A DNA stretch of 63,996 nt, filler included, from Thelocarpon superellum (taxonomy: Eukaryota): NCBI GenBank assembly GCA_026025795.1. It is 3 parts of 3 records of this genome, joined end to end, with 100 filler letters (N's around TTAATTAATTAA, not from the genome) between each part and the next. Parts side by side here need not be neighbours in the genome. Positions count along the whole stretch, not along the records: positions 1 to 22,549 come from JAPEUG010000293.1; 2 more parts are not named here. One strand, written 5' to 3'. Position 1 is the stretch's first letter; the number at the start of each line of letters is the position of its first letter. Below, piece by piece: positions 1-10,889 of the stretch. The notes beneath the pieces are model-generated. The model did not search any database. It saw only the letters and a program-made list of their open reading frames with translations, and was not told the origin of the DNA. The position numbers and the translations under genes are program-made.

Positions 1-1144
1 CCTCCGTCACCGATGCCGACGGGCCCGTCTCCGACGACGACGACGCCGGCAAGGCCCGTGAGTACCACACCTCGTCCGGCGCCTGATAGCCCTGCAGACC
101 GAACGAGCCCTCGATGCGTTTCCGCTTTGCCGCATCCGGATCGCGGCCTTCGATCTCGCGGACGAATTCGTCGGGCAGGGCGCGCCGCACGGCTTCGGCG
201 GCTTGCTCTTCGACGTTGCGCGCTTCGCGGGCGGCGGCGAGCGGGTTCGGGTCCACCGTCGCCCAGCGCACGTTGAGGATCTCGCCGTGGTCCAGCGCCT
301 GGTGCGACATGGCTTCCTTGGCGAACTGCGAGTTCGCTTCGTTGCAGTAGGTCACGAATCCCACACCGCGCGAGTTGAGCACGCGTACTGTTGAAGAAAG
401 GGTCAGGATGGGTGCTTGGCTGAGCGGAGGACGGGGAGGGGAGAGGAGGGGAGAAGAGGGGAGGATAGAAAGGGACTCACTTCGCTCCACCTCGCCCCAT
501 TCGGCAAAGTGACGCGCGACAATCTCCTCAATGTCGTCGCTGACGTGGATCCGGCCGACGTAGAGGGTGCGGTTCTGTCGCATGAAGCTGCCCACGCCGC
601 CCATGTCGTCGCGGTAGTCGCTCAGCTTGTCGCGGCCAAAGCAGTCGACGTTGGGGTTGAAGTGGTCGTGGATCGTCGGGAGGCGGTGCAGATTCTCGCA
701 CTCTTGGCCCTTGGGACAGAGACCGCGGGCAAAGGAGCGGCAGAAGAACGATCCCACCACTCGGTCCGCCCGCGTGTATCCCGCGTCGCGCGCGATGGAG
801 CATCGGCCTTTGGCCGGGTTCTTCGAGAGGTACTTGTCTTCGCGGTCGCCGCCCGACCACTTGTTGTACCAGATGTTGAAGATGGTGCCCGTCTGCGGCG
901 GCAGCTCGCTCGAGTCGATCGTGCTGGGGTCCACCTGCGCTCGGGCGGGCCGCCGCTTCTTGCGCACCACCTTCTTTATCACTTTGTTCGGTGTCGCGCT
1001 GGAAGGGGCACTGATGCCCGTTTCTTGAGTGGCCAGCGCCGTCGCGGACGGCTGGTCTTCCGACCCGCCATGCGCCGCCTCATCGATTGTCGACGGCAAA
1101 TTGGAGGAAACGGGAGCGGGAGCGGAGACTGCAGCATCAGCCAT
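1..1144 (-). CDS. CWC2: Pre-mRNA splicing factor Cwc2 (Torus/CCCH zinc finger + RRM); 3' end runs off the window; intron at about 389-480
   Basis: Minus-strand translation gives QTGTIFNIWYNKWSGGDRED, CRSFARGLCPKGQECENLH, DCFGRDKLSDYRDDMGGVGSF, RVLNSRGVGFVTY and EILNVRWATVDPNP, which match Cwc2. Confidence 0.93.
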   Translation of the reverse strand, partial: MADAAVSAPAPVSSNLPSTIDEAAHGGSEDQPSATALATQETGISAPSSATPNKVIKKVVRKKRRPARAQVDPSTIDSSELPPQTGTIFNIWYNKWSGGDREDKYLSKNPAKGRCSIARDAGYTRADRVVGSFFCRSFARGLCPKGQECENLHRLPTIHDHFNPNVDCFGRDKLSDYRDDMGGVGSFMRQNRTLYVGRIHVSDDIEEIVARHFAEWGEVERSESLSILPSSPLLSPPRPPLSQAPILTLSSTVRVLNSRGVGFVTYCNEANSQFAKEAMSHQALDHGEILNVRWATVDPNPLAAAREARNVEEQAAEAVRRALPDEFVREIEGRDPDAAKRKRIEGSFGLQGYQAPDEVWYSRALPASSSSETGPSASVTE

Positions 1145-1458
1145 ATTGCGTAGTGTGGGAATGAGTGGTTGCGTCAACGCATAGCTAGGCAAGCAGAGTG
1201 GAGGGAGGCAGAGACAGTCCCATCTCCAACTCAGTCGGTCAGGCGAAGATGGCAAATCTCCCGATCCGGTAAGGAAACGGACACGCCCACGCCGCACGCC
1301 ACACGCTACGCCGAACGCCGTACGCCACACTCTTGCCCACTACTCCATCCCTCCATCCTCTCTTCCAGACTAGGTTCTGGTGACCAGCGGGCATTCATGT
1401 AACAAACACATCCAGCGAGGTCTCGTTCGTTGAGACTTGCTGAAAGCTCCCTTTCATC

Positions 1459-3055
1459 ATGGTGAACATTACGGAGAAGATCAAGGAGTGAGTTCCCTGG
1501 GTCAGTTGTGCGTGGCCTCTAACGTACGGTAGGATCGAGGAGGAGATGAAGAGGACGCAAAGTAATGTTCATGACCAGCCGGCGATGATCAAGCGCTGAT
1601 TTCTGTGTCAAGAGAACAAGGCCACCGGTACGGAGGTCAGTGGAGATGAAACTGTGTAGATACTGAGCCAGACTAGAATACCACTTGGGCCTCCTCAAAG
1701 GGTAATCCCTCTATGCCCGTGCATCTCTATCCCTCTGATGAGGTGCCAGCAAACTCGCACGATTACGCGCACAGCTCTTGGAACCAGCCCCGGGAGCCGG
1801 CTCGGCTGGTGGCTCAGGATTCGACGTGAGCAAGAGCGGTGACGCGCGCATCGCCCTGGTGGGCTTTCCGTCCGTGGTACGTGCTGCGTCACGGCCAGAT
1901 GCCTCCGAGTTCGCGGACTCATGCGGCCAGGGCAAATCCACCTTCCTCTCCAAGATCACCAAGACCAAGAGCGAGGTCGCCGCGTACTCCTTCACCACCT
2001 TGACCGCCATCCCGGGCGTGCTCCAATATGGCGGGGCGGAGATTCAAGTGCTGGACCTTCCCGGTATCATCGAAGGTGCGTCGGAGGGAAAGGGGCGAGG
2101 GCGGCAGGTCATCTCGGCGGCCAAGGTCGGTATCTTCGTCCCCGTCTCGCTCTCATGCTGACCGACCCAGACGAGCGATCTGATCCTGATGATCTTGGAT
2201 GCCACCAAACGCGCGGAGCAACGCGCGCTGCTCGAGGCCGAGCTGGAAGCCGTGGGCATTCGGCTGAACCGGGACGCACCGTGAGTCAGATGCGGCAAGT
2301 TCAGGCCGCCTCCGATGCTGACCCGGCCAGCAACATCTACCTGAAGCAGAAGAAGGCCGGCGGAATGAAGATCACCTTCCAAGCCACGCCGAAGCACCTC
2401 GACGAGAAGATGCTCTACAACATTTTGCGCGACTACAAGATGCTGAACTGTGAAGTGCTGGTGCGGGATGAGAACGGTGAGATGGACGCGACCGTGGTGG
2501 ACCTCGGCTGACCTTGGCAGCGACGGTGGACGACTTTATCGACATCATCATGAAAGATCATCGCAAGTACATCAAGTGGTGAGTAAAATGGGTGGGCCGC
2601 GGATGACTCGCAGGCTCAATCGTGACAGCCTCTACGTGTACAACAAGATCGACAGCGTCAGCCTCGACTTTCTCGACCGACTGGCACGCGAGCCCAACAC
2701 GGTCGTCATGAGCTGCGAGCTCGATCTGGGCCTGCAGGACGTAGTAGAGCGGTGTTGGCAAGAGTTGCGACTCATCCGGATCTACACCAAACGGTAGGGA
2801 TCATATGCTGAGGACGATGCCCAGACCACGTGCTGAGACCATGACAGCAAGGGCATCGAGCCCGACTTTAGCGAGGCGTTGATCGTGCGCAACCAGTCCA
2901 GCATCGAAGATGTCTGCGATCAGGTTCATCGGACGCTGAAGGAGACCTTCAAATATGCCCTGGTCTGGGGTGCAAGTGCCCGACACGTGCCGCAGCGCGT
3001 CGGGCTGGGCCATATGGTGGCGGACGAGGATGTGGTCTCCATTGTGGCCAAGTGA
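1459..3055 (+). CDS. RBG2: DRG/Obg-family ribosome-interacting GTPase (DRG2/Rbg2); 10 short introns
   Basis: Spliced product [36 protein letters not shown]...GFPSVGKST...[20 protein letters not shown]...NKID, ending in a TGS domain ([19 protein letters not shown]); GT-AG introns resolved by hand. Confidence 0.92.
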
Positions 3056-3252
3056 ATGTGTGACAGAGGAGACGCATGTATGTGGATGGACGTACGAGTT
3101 CCTCATGCACTTCTGATGATGTCAATTGGCCGCCCCGTTACCGTGGATGACGGGCGTTGGCTCCGAATGTCGACCGGTTGGAACGAAGAGATGCTCGCGT
3201 TAGGATTCCCCTACCAGACGCGTGCAAGTCATGCTCCCTGTAGTGGGTGAAT

Positions 3253-3267
3253 CGAAGGTTCGAGAAG
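3253..3267. promoter_or_regulatory. Perfect three-unit heat shock element (cGAAggTTCgaGAAg) upstream of SIS1
   Basis: Matches nGAAnnTTCnnGAAn, about 650 bp upstream of the Hsp40 ATG. Confidence 0.55.
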
Positions 3268-3919
3268 CGATTGGCCGGTGGCGGATGCTACTCGTACCTG
3301 CGAGCCTTCCCTCGTGCCCCACCAGTGCCTCACCCTCGGCTAGTACCAGCTTGTCCGCTTTGTTGCACCTGGAGCGCCCCAAGCGGAGGAGCCTTTGTAC
3401 GGGCGCACCCCCAAGGACGCATCTCGCCTCTGCATTGCCCGCCGCTACACGTCACTCCCCCCGCCAGCAGCGGGCAGCGGGCAGCGGGCAGCGGGCAGCG
3501 AGCAGCAGTAACCAGCGCATCTTGGAATTGCCGAACCCTGAATCAAGTGTCCCGCTGCCCCAGTGCCGCCAAGCCAGCTGCCTCACTCCTGGACCAGTCG
3601 TCGTAATGCAAGACCACCTTCGCTGCTTCTCACTCGTGCAATTCAATCTCGCTCGATCGTAGTACCCCTTTCCCTCCAGTCAGGTCGCTCGAAAGCTACG
3701 ACAAGGGAATTCACTTTCCCTGGTCGGCGCGTGACCGGCTCCTCGTCTGACTCGAACGAGCCCGGGCTCCCCTCAGATCATTCCTGGGGCTCGCCGGACC
3801 AAATCCACTTTCCACCTCCGGTCGAAATCCGCTCATCGCTGTCTGACACATCCACCTCATCCGCACCCTTTCCGTCTCTACCACACCACCCATCTGTGCT
3901 CTCTCGCCCGCCAGCCATC

Positions 3920-5257
3920 ATGGTGGCCGAGACGAAACTCTACGACGCCTTGTCGGCCAAGCCCGACGCCACGCAAGACGAGATCAAGAAGGCCTACCGG
4001 TAAGTCGATGAGAACAATGATGTTGTGATGGATCCTGACCGTCTACAGGAAAGCCGCCCTCAAATACCACCCCGACAAGAACAAAGACAAGCCAGACGCA
4101 TCGGAGAAGTTCAAGGGTAGGCCCACTGATAATCCCCATGTTCAATGGCACGACTAACATTCCTCTAGAGGTGTCACAAGCCTACGAGATTCTCTCCGAC
4201 CCGGAGAAGCGCAAGGTGTACGATCAATATGGCCTCGAGTTCTTGCTCCGCGGTGGCACCGAGGCGCCGCCACCGGGGGCAGGACCCGGGCCTGGCCCGA
4301 CGGAAGCTGGAGGTATGCCCGGGGGCATGCCAGGCGGAATGCCCTTTGGCTTCGGGGGCATGGGCTCCAATGGCGCCAAGTTCCACTTCTCCACCAGCAC
4401 CGGTGGCTCCGGCGGTGCCAGCGCCTTCAACTTCAGCGACCCCAACAACATCTTCAACGAGTTCCTCCGCTCCGGCGGGGGTGGGCTCGGCGATGACCCC
4501 GAGTTTCTACAGAGCTTCGGTGGCGTGGGTGGCATGGGCGGCGCCGGCCGAGGATCCAACGCGCGCCGCAGCGGTGGCGTTCGAACCTCTTCCTCCCGCT
4601 TTGGTGATCTCAACGGCGGCGGTCCCCGCGATCGAGCGCCCGAGGTACAAGTGGTGGAGAAGCCGCTCCAAGTCAGCCTGGAGGATCTGTTCAAGGGCAC
4701 GCACAAGCGCATGAAGATCCAGCGCAAGACCTTTGACGAGGGCACGGGCAAGCGCAGCGTGCAAGATCGCATCCTGGAGATGGACATCAAGCCCGGACTA
4801 CGCGCCGGCAGCAAGATAAAATTCAAGGGCGTGGGCGATCAAGAGGAGGGCGGCACGCAAGACCTGCACTTTATCATCCAAGAGGTACGCTTTTCTTTCT
4901 CTTTCGTCATTGACTCCGGCTGCGATCACGACCACGCATCCGAACTGACACCGTGCGCCACAGAAAGAGCATCCGATCTTCAAGCGCGAAGGCGACGACC
5001 TGCGCGCGACAGTGGACGTCGACCTGAAAGAAGCACTGACGGGATGGCGACGACAAATCGCGACGATTGACGGGAAGCAAGTCCCGTTGTCGAGTGGCGG
5101 ACCGACCCAACCCGGCTTCGAAGAGCGATTCCCAGGCCTAGGCATGCCACGAAGCAAGAAAGCCGGGGAACGGGGCGACTTCATCGTGCGCATCAACGTC
5201 AAGTTCCCGACCACGTTGTCGCCAGCGCAGAAGTCGAAGTTGAAGGAGATATTATAG
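3920..5257 (+). CDS. SIS1: Type II Hsp40/DnaJ co-chaperone Sis1; 3 introns
   Basis: MVAETKLYDAL...KAALKYHPDKN (HPD motif), G/F and G/M-rich linker, C-terminal DnaJ_C (VSLEDLFKG, IKPGLRAGSKIKF, DLKEALTG). Confidence 0.92.
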
Positions 5258-5854
5258 TGGAGCGGTGCTGCCTCGTTCGATCATTCACGATATGTGCATT
5301 CACGATGCGCGCGCGAGTGAGCAGGGGAGGGACAAGGAACGGAGGGCGTGACCAGGGCAGGACGGAGAGAGTGAGGAAGTGAGTCATGGAGCCAATGCAT
5401 GCAGGGATTGTGCAGGGCACGGCAAGGAGGCGTATTCTGTGATTTGGTGAATTAGCCGGCGTATATCATGAATCTTGCCTGCATGTTTTACATGTTTCTG
5501 TTCCCTTTGCCATTCCTTTTCTTTTCCATCTTCCTGTCTTTGAATGCTTGAACGGCCTTCTTTCTCGGGCGAACCCATCAGCCGGTGTAGCGCAGCGTCG
5601 TCAAGTTAGAATCATACTCTTTGCCCTTGTCTTTGCCCCACTTCCCCTCCTCCACTTCTTCACCATCCTCATCGCCATCACCGTCACCACCACGCGGTAG
5701 CAAGCTTAATCTTCCATCAAGACCGGCTTGTACTCGCTATAGAATATACTAGCTAGATGTGAATATGATGCTGATTGCAGGGCGTATGTCTCTGCGCCAT
5801 GATATCAGATATCTACCTCGATGCTCCATACCCATGCCCACTCCCATAACAGGT

Positions 5855-7403
5855 TCACGACATCGATGCAGCAGCAGTAGCAGAAGAAGCAGGAGCAGAA
5901 GCAGGAGCAGAAGCAGAAGCAGACGTAGACTTCCCCCCCACGCTTGGAAAGACAATGGCAGGCCCCAAGTCACGCCGGATCTGCTCCAGCTGCTCCATTC
6001 CCGTCTGCGGCGCTCCGCGCATCAGGCGCGTCTTGGCCGAGTGTTTCTTTTTCCCCTTGCCGCCCCCCTTGACGGTGTAGTGGTCGAGGAAGTCGTCCAT
6101 GAGCGCGTCAAAGTCTCCTCGGATCGCGCCGCTGTGTGGTGCGGGGCCCCCGCGCGAGTGCGCGAGGGAGGAATAGGAGGTCGAGGACGTCGCGGAGAAC
6201 TGCGACGTGCTCATCGTCGAGGCCGCAACTGATCCCGTGTCCTCGTCCATGTCCTCATCGGCGTCTGCGGTGTACTCCTCTTCGATCTGCCAAGGTGGCT
6301 CGTGAGATGAGAAGAGACAGACATTGAAGGAGTCACTCACCTTCTCGAATCGATCGTCGAGCAGCCGGAGTCCCTCCGTGCGCGTCAAGGCCGAGCTCGA
6401 CATAGAGAGGCCCGTGCTGGAGGCCTGTGAGCCCTTGCGTTTCTTACGGCGTCCGCCGTTCAGCGAAGAGTACCCCGTCGTGAGCGAAGATGGGGGGAGC
6501 CGTGCGTTCTTCTCGCTCTTGAATTGCTTAAAGGTCGACATCCAGTCGGCGGGACTGCTGGCTTCCTGCATCCTCGTGTCAGTCTTGACGCTGCCGCCCC
6601 GACTTTCCCTCTCCGGCTTTGCCGTGTCGTCGGTGGCCCAACCTTCGTCCCCCTCGTCCACGTCCTGGTCCAGGCCGGCGATTTCGAATTCCTCCAACGA
6701 TACCTCTACGCCGTCTCGCGCCAACTCGCCAAAGAGCTCTTCCTCGTCGTCCACGTACGCCTCGTCTTCCAATGCTTCCAGAACCTCCCTCAGCCGTGGA
6801 TCCATGTCCGGTTGGAATCCGGCCAGGGCGTCGGGGATGTCCTGCTGATCTTGATAGGATCCATGTTTCAATGCAGTCGACGGGAGCACATCCGCATCCA
6901 GCAGCGGGACCGGCACGCTTGGTTTGATCATGGCCTCCTCGTCTTCGGCGATACTGGCCGCCCGTAGGGCATCTTCCAAGCGCTGTTTCCCCTGGCCTCT
7001 TGCTTGCTTCGAGTTCCGGCCGGGTTGGAGGGAATCGACAAAGTACCCCTCCGTCGTCGTCCCCAGATCCCGCATATGCTGCATGTAGTCGTACGTGGTG
7101 TCGTCGTAGAAGACACCATGAAGCGCCGCCTCGCCTTCGTTGGGACGGACATGGGAGGTGTCGAGGCCCAGCTCTTCCTCAAGGTCGGCTTTGCTTTTCA
7201 CTTTCTGATTCGGGGCGCCCACTTCCTGGAAGACCATGGACGAAGCGTCAGGGTCGTGGATCTTGGGATCATTTTGTTCACGGTGGACCAGAGCAAAGGT
7301 CGTGGCCGCCTTCCGGTCGCTATTTGGCTGGTGTCAGCAGATGGACGGGCATGGTGGGGCCGAGGAGGGGCCGGTCCACATACATCCATCTTTTGGTAGG
7401 CAT
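5855..7403 (-). CDS. LTV1: 40S ribosome biogenesis factor Ltv1; introns at about 7320-7384 and 6290-6340
   Basis: MPTKRWIDRKAATTFALVHREQNDP..., NEGEAALHGVFYDDTTYDYMQHMR, GFQPDMDPRLREVLEALEDEAY, SMSSSALTRTEGLRLLDDRFEK. Confidence 0.9.
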
Positions 7404-7666
7404 GATGGCAACGCCCTCGTGGTGCTCTGCGTTCAGTTGATGTCAGACCGTCTTCAAGGGTTGATCTCTTCGCATCACATCAAAGGTCACCTCCAGAGCT
7501 GCACCTGGTTCAACGACTGCGGCCGGTGGAGTCACCGTGCCGGGGGTTGCAAATCTTTCCCACTCCTGTCTCAATCCTCTCAATTTGGCGTCGAAGCGAG
7601 CGAGGGCGGTGACCATTCGCCGTGCAGCCCTATGTCGCTTCCACTTAACTAACTGTCAGTTAGAAG

Positions 7667-7754
7667 CCGACCGATAGAGGCGGGGGGCGCCCCTCGATAA
7701 CTTGAGTAGCCCGACCGATAGAGGCGGGGGGCGCCCCTCGATAACTTGAGTAGC
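7667..7754. repeat. Exact 44-bp tandem duplication in the LTV1/LSG1 divergent intergenic region
   Basis: CCGACCGATAGAGGCGGGGGGCGCCCCTCGATAACTTGAGTAGC at 7667-7710 and 7711-7754. Confidence 0.95.
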
Positions 7755-7910
7755 TTACCAATTGCATCATCGCCACACGACCTCGTGCGGATGAAGCTGT
7801 GGATTCGTGCTCCCACATCACCCCAATGCCCTGCCCCGGTCCACTCTCCCCTCTCTCTGACTCCGGGGATCCCCAATAGAATCGTCTCCAGTACACCATA
7901 CCCACCCAGC

Positions 7911-9854
7911 ATGGTGCTGGCCAAGTCTAAAAACGCCGTCGGGCTGGGCAACAGCCTCATGAATGATCGTTTCGGTCATGGCAAAGGGGCGGACCGCAAG
8001 AAAGCTGCCCCAGGCATCCACCGCACCGGTCCCGATGGCGAGTCATATGTCACCAACGGGCCCAAAGAGGCCAGCTGGGTCAAGATGCGGAGTGTCACCG
8101 AACAGGGCGCGCTCGATGAGTTCCTCAGCACCGCCGAACTGGCTGGCACCGACTTCACGGCGGAGAAGATGAACAACGTGAAGATCATCCACACCGACCA
8201 GCGCAACCCCTATCTACTCTCCGCGGCCGAGGAGCGATCGACCCTCAAGCGGCAACGAGACCATCGAGATCGACTGACCGTCCCACGCCGGCCGCCCTGG
8301 GACGAAACGACGACGCGAGAGGAGCTCGATGCGCGAGAAAAGTCGTCGCTCCTGGACTGGAGGAGAGGCCTGGCCGAGCTGCAAGAGGTCAACGACCTAT
8401 TGATGACGCCTTTCGAACGCAATCTCGAGGTCTGGCGTCAACTTTGGCGGGTTATTGAGCGCTCCGATCTCGTCGTCCAGATCGTCGACGCCCGACATCC
8501 CCTACTCTTCCGATGCGAAGACTTGGTCAACTACGTGAAAGAGGTTGACTCAAACAAGAACAACTTATTACTGGTCAACAAGGCCGACATGATGACCCTT
8601 GCACAACGCCAGGCCTGGGCAGATTACTTCGAGGCCGGCGGCATCAGCTACAAGTTCTTCTCCGCCTCCTTGGCCAAGGAGCGAAACGACGCACGGGACC
8701 TGACGGAGGAGAGTGAGGAGGAGGACGAGCCTTCTGACGCACTGGCGGACGAAGCCCGAGAAGTTGACGTCGAGGAGCATGAGGACGAGGAGGCTGGGTG
8801 GGCGAGCGAAGAAGACTTGGACGCTGGCTCCGAGTCGGAAGATGCGCGCACACGCATCCTCACGGTTGATGAGCTCGAGGATCTCTTCCTCGAGCACGCA
8901 CCCAGCGCCGAGGGAGACGCCGACACCCCCCGGAAGACGCAGGTCGGTCTAGTGGGCTATCCCAATGTGGGGAAATCCTCCACCATCAATGCTCTGATTG
9001 GCGCCAAGAAGGTGTCCGTCTCATCCACGCCAGGGAAGACCAAGCATTTCCAGACGATTCATCTGAGCCCCTCGGTCATCTTGTGCGATTGTCCTGGCCT
9101 CGTCTTTCCCAATTTCACCAGCACCAAAGCCGAGCTGGTCTGCAACGGCATTCTGCCCATCGACCAACTCCGAGAGTTCACTGGGCCCGTCGCGCTCGTT
9201 ACCCAACGCATCCCCCAGGCCTTCCTCGAGGCGCTGTACGGTATCAAGATTCACCCCCGGCCGCTGGAAGAGGGCGGCACCGGCGTGCCCACGGCGGAAG
9301 AGCTGCTGGTGGCCTATGCCATGGCGCGAGGATTTGCCAAGACGGGCCAGGGGCAGCCGGACGAATCGCGGGCGGCGCGATACATCCTGAAAGACTACGT
9401 CAATGGCAAGCTGCTCTTCTGCCACCCGCCCCCGGCCGACCCCCCCATCGACCCGCATGCCTTCAACCGAGATCTTTACGATGAGGCGCACTTGCCACAA
9501 AAACGACGGGCGGCCGTGGCCTTGCCCGACGTATCCGAAGCCGGGGGCGCCGATCCGTCGTTGATGGACGTCGATGCCGCCGCAGCAAGCCGTGCACCAG
9601 GACTCAAATCGTCCAAGCTCGACAGCAGATTCTTTGGGCCAGGCGCGGGCACCAAAGCTCATCTCACCATGCCCTTCAACCACAAGTACAGCGACCAGGC
9701 CTCGGCCACGGGGAAGCAGCTCAGTGGTCGGAAGCAGCGCGCCATGATCGCACTCGAGAAGAATCTCGATCCGGCTGATGTCCGGGCCATTGATGGGAAG
9801 AAGCACTACAAGGGCGGGAAACGCAAGCCAAAGCCCTCGGTGGAGGTGGAATGA
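7911..9854 (+). CDS. LSG1: Large-subunit GTPase 1 (circularly permuted YlqF/YawG family); intronless
   Basis: TPFERNLEVWRQLWRVIERSDLVVQIVDAR, NKAD, GYPNVGKSSTIN, TPGKTKHFQT, DCPGLVFP; start taken at MVLAKSKN. Confidence 0.95.
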   Translation: MVLAKSKNAVGLGNSLMNDRFGHGKGADRKKAAPGIHRTGPDGESYVTNGPKEASWVKMRSVTEQGALDEFLSTAELAGTDFTAEKMNNVKIIHTDQRNPYLLSAAEERSTLKRQRDHRDRLTVPRRPPWDETTTREELDAREKSSLLDWRRGLAELQEVNDLLMTPFERNLEVWRQLWRVIERSDLVVQIVDARHPLLFRCEDLVNYVKEVDSNKNNLLLVNKADMMTLAQRQAWADYFEAGGISYKFFSASLAKERNDARDLTEESEEEDEPSDALADEAREVDVEEHEDEEAGWASEEDLDAGSESEDARTRILTVDELEDLFLEHAPSAEGDADTPRKTQVGLVGYPNVGKSSTINALIGAKKVSVSSTPGKTKHFQTIHLSPSVILCDCPGLVFPNFTSTKAELVCNGILPIDQLREFTGPVALVTQRIPQAFLEALYGIKIHPRPLEEGGTGVPTAEELLVAYAMARGFAKTGQGQPDESRAARYILKDYVNGKLLFCHPPPADPPIDPHAFNRDLYDEAHLPQKRRAAVALPDVSEAGGADPSLMDVDAAAASRAPGLKSSKLDSRFFGPGAGTKAHLTMPFNHKYSDQASATGKQLSGRKQRAMIALEKNLDPADVRAIDGKKHYKGGKRKPKPSVEVE

Positions 9855-10889
9855 TGCACGAGGTGGCGTAGGTGTATGCTAAGGACCCTGTGACATCTAC
9901 ATGCAGCGCGGTCGTGCATCACCTCGTGGGTCGATGCCGCGAGGTATTGTGGTCCAGGAAGGGTGTCATCGGGCCCGGTGCGGGGTATAGCATAAAGTTT
10001 CTACTAGAGGAAGTGCCGAGGATGTGGGCCGGGAAGATATAGGGAGGGGACGTTCAGCCTGGTGGATGGAAAAGGCGCTGCGAAGAGAGTGACGGGTCAA
10101 GAAGAAGGGATGGGATGCTCGGCGGATTCCGCAGCATCGACATCACCGGTCCTCAGTGTGCCGCGTAAAGCTGTCATGACCGGCAGCGGTGATGTACGCG
10201 TCAACTACGGTCGCTCCCAGTGGTCCAGAGATGCGTCGTCCGCGGCAACCTGTAACCCCGCAGACAGGCGACAAGGCTTTTGCAGTGTAGCGATTGAAGA
10301 TGTGGACCACATAATGCTGCAATGCGGTTGGGACATGAGATGGTCACGATGCAGCTGTCCTGGCCCCTCGGCCACCTCGAGTATGTCCGACGAGTTGAAG
10401 AGGATAGCCTGACGTGATACTGCTGCTGCTGCTAGCAATCATAAGCCCCGCTCGTGTAAGAGTTCCCTCATCTTCTCCAAGACTCCGTGTTTAGTAAGGG
10501 GATCAAGGACGTGGACCTTGACGGAGCAAAGTCACGCTCGCGTAGCAGATTTCTATAGGGGGCGCGAAATGGAGCTCGGGAGGATCCGTTCCTCTTCCGT
10601 TGCTCGTGTCGGCATCCGTACGGAGTACTTCATACCTTTGCACGGCTAGCCCCTCGGCATCAGCGGAGCTCCTTCGCTCGACGTTCGACAACCTCGGCAG
10701 AATCCTCTCGTACTCGTCCCGCGTAACTCGACCTGCCAGGCACACCCCACTATTCGAGACTCTTTCGAGGGCTCCCCCAGATGTCGAGACGCGCTCCACT
10801 TTGAGCCAACATCGCCGAGTTCCGTCCTGATCCCGCCCAGGACCCGGCTCTTCTCCCGTACGTTTCTCCCCGTCATCGCCACTGCCGTC

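Noticed and set aside
416..1153. 245-aa plus-strand ORF and the many similar GC-rich antisense ORFs
   Set aside because: Antisense shadows of recognised genes (here CWC2), caused by high GC3.
7667..7754. CRISPR-like reading of the direct repeats (also 15548-15757 and 45437-45542)
   Set aside because: Eukaryotic DNA, only about two copies each, no unique-spacer array and no cas genes.
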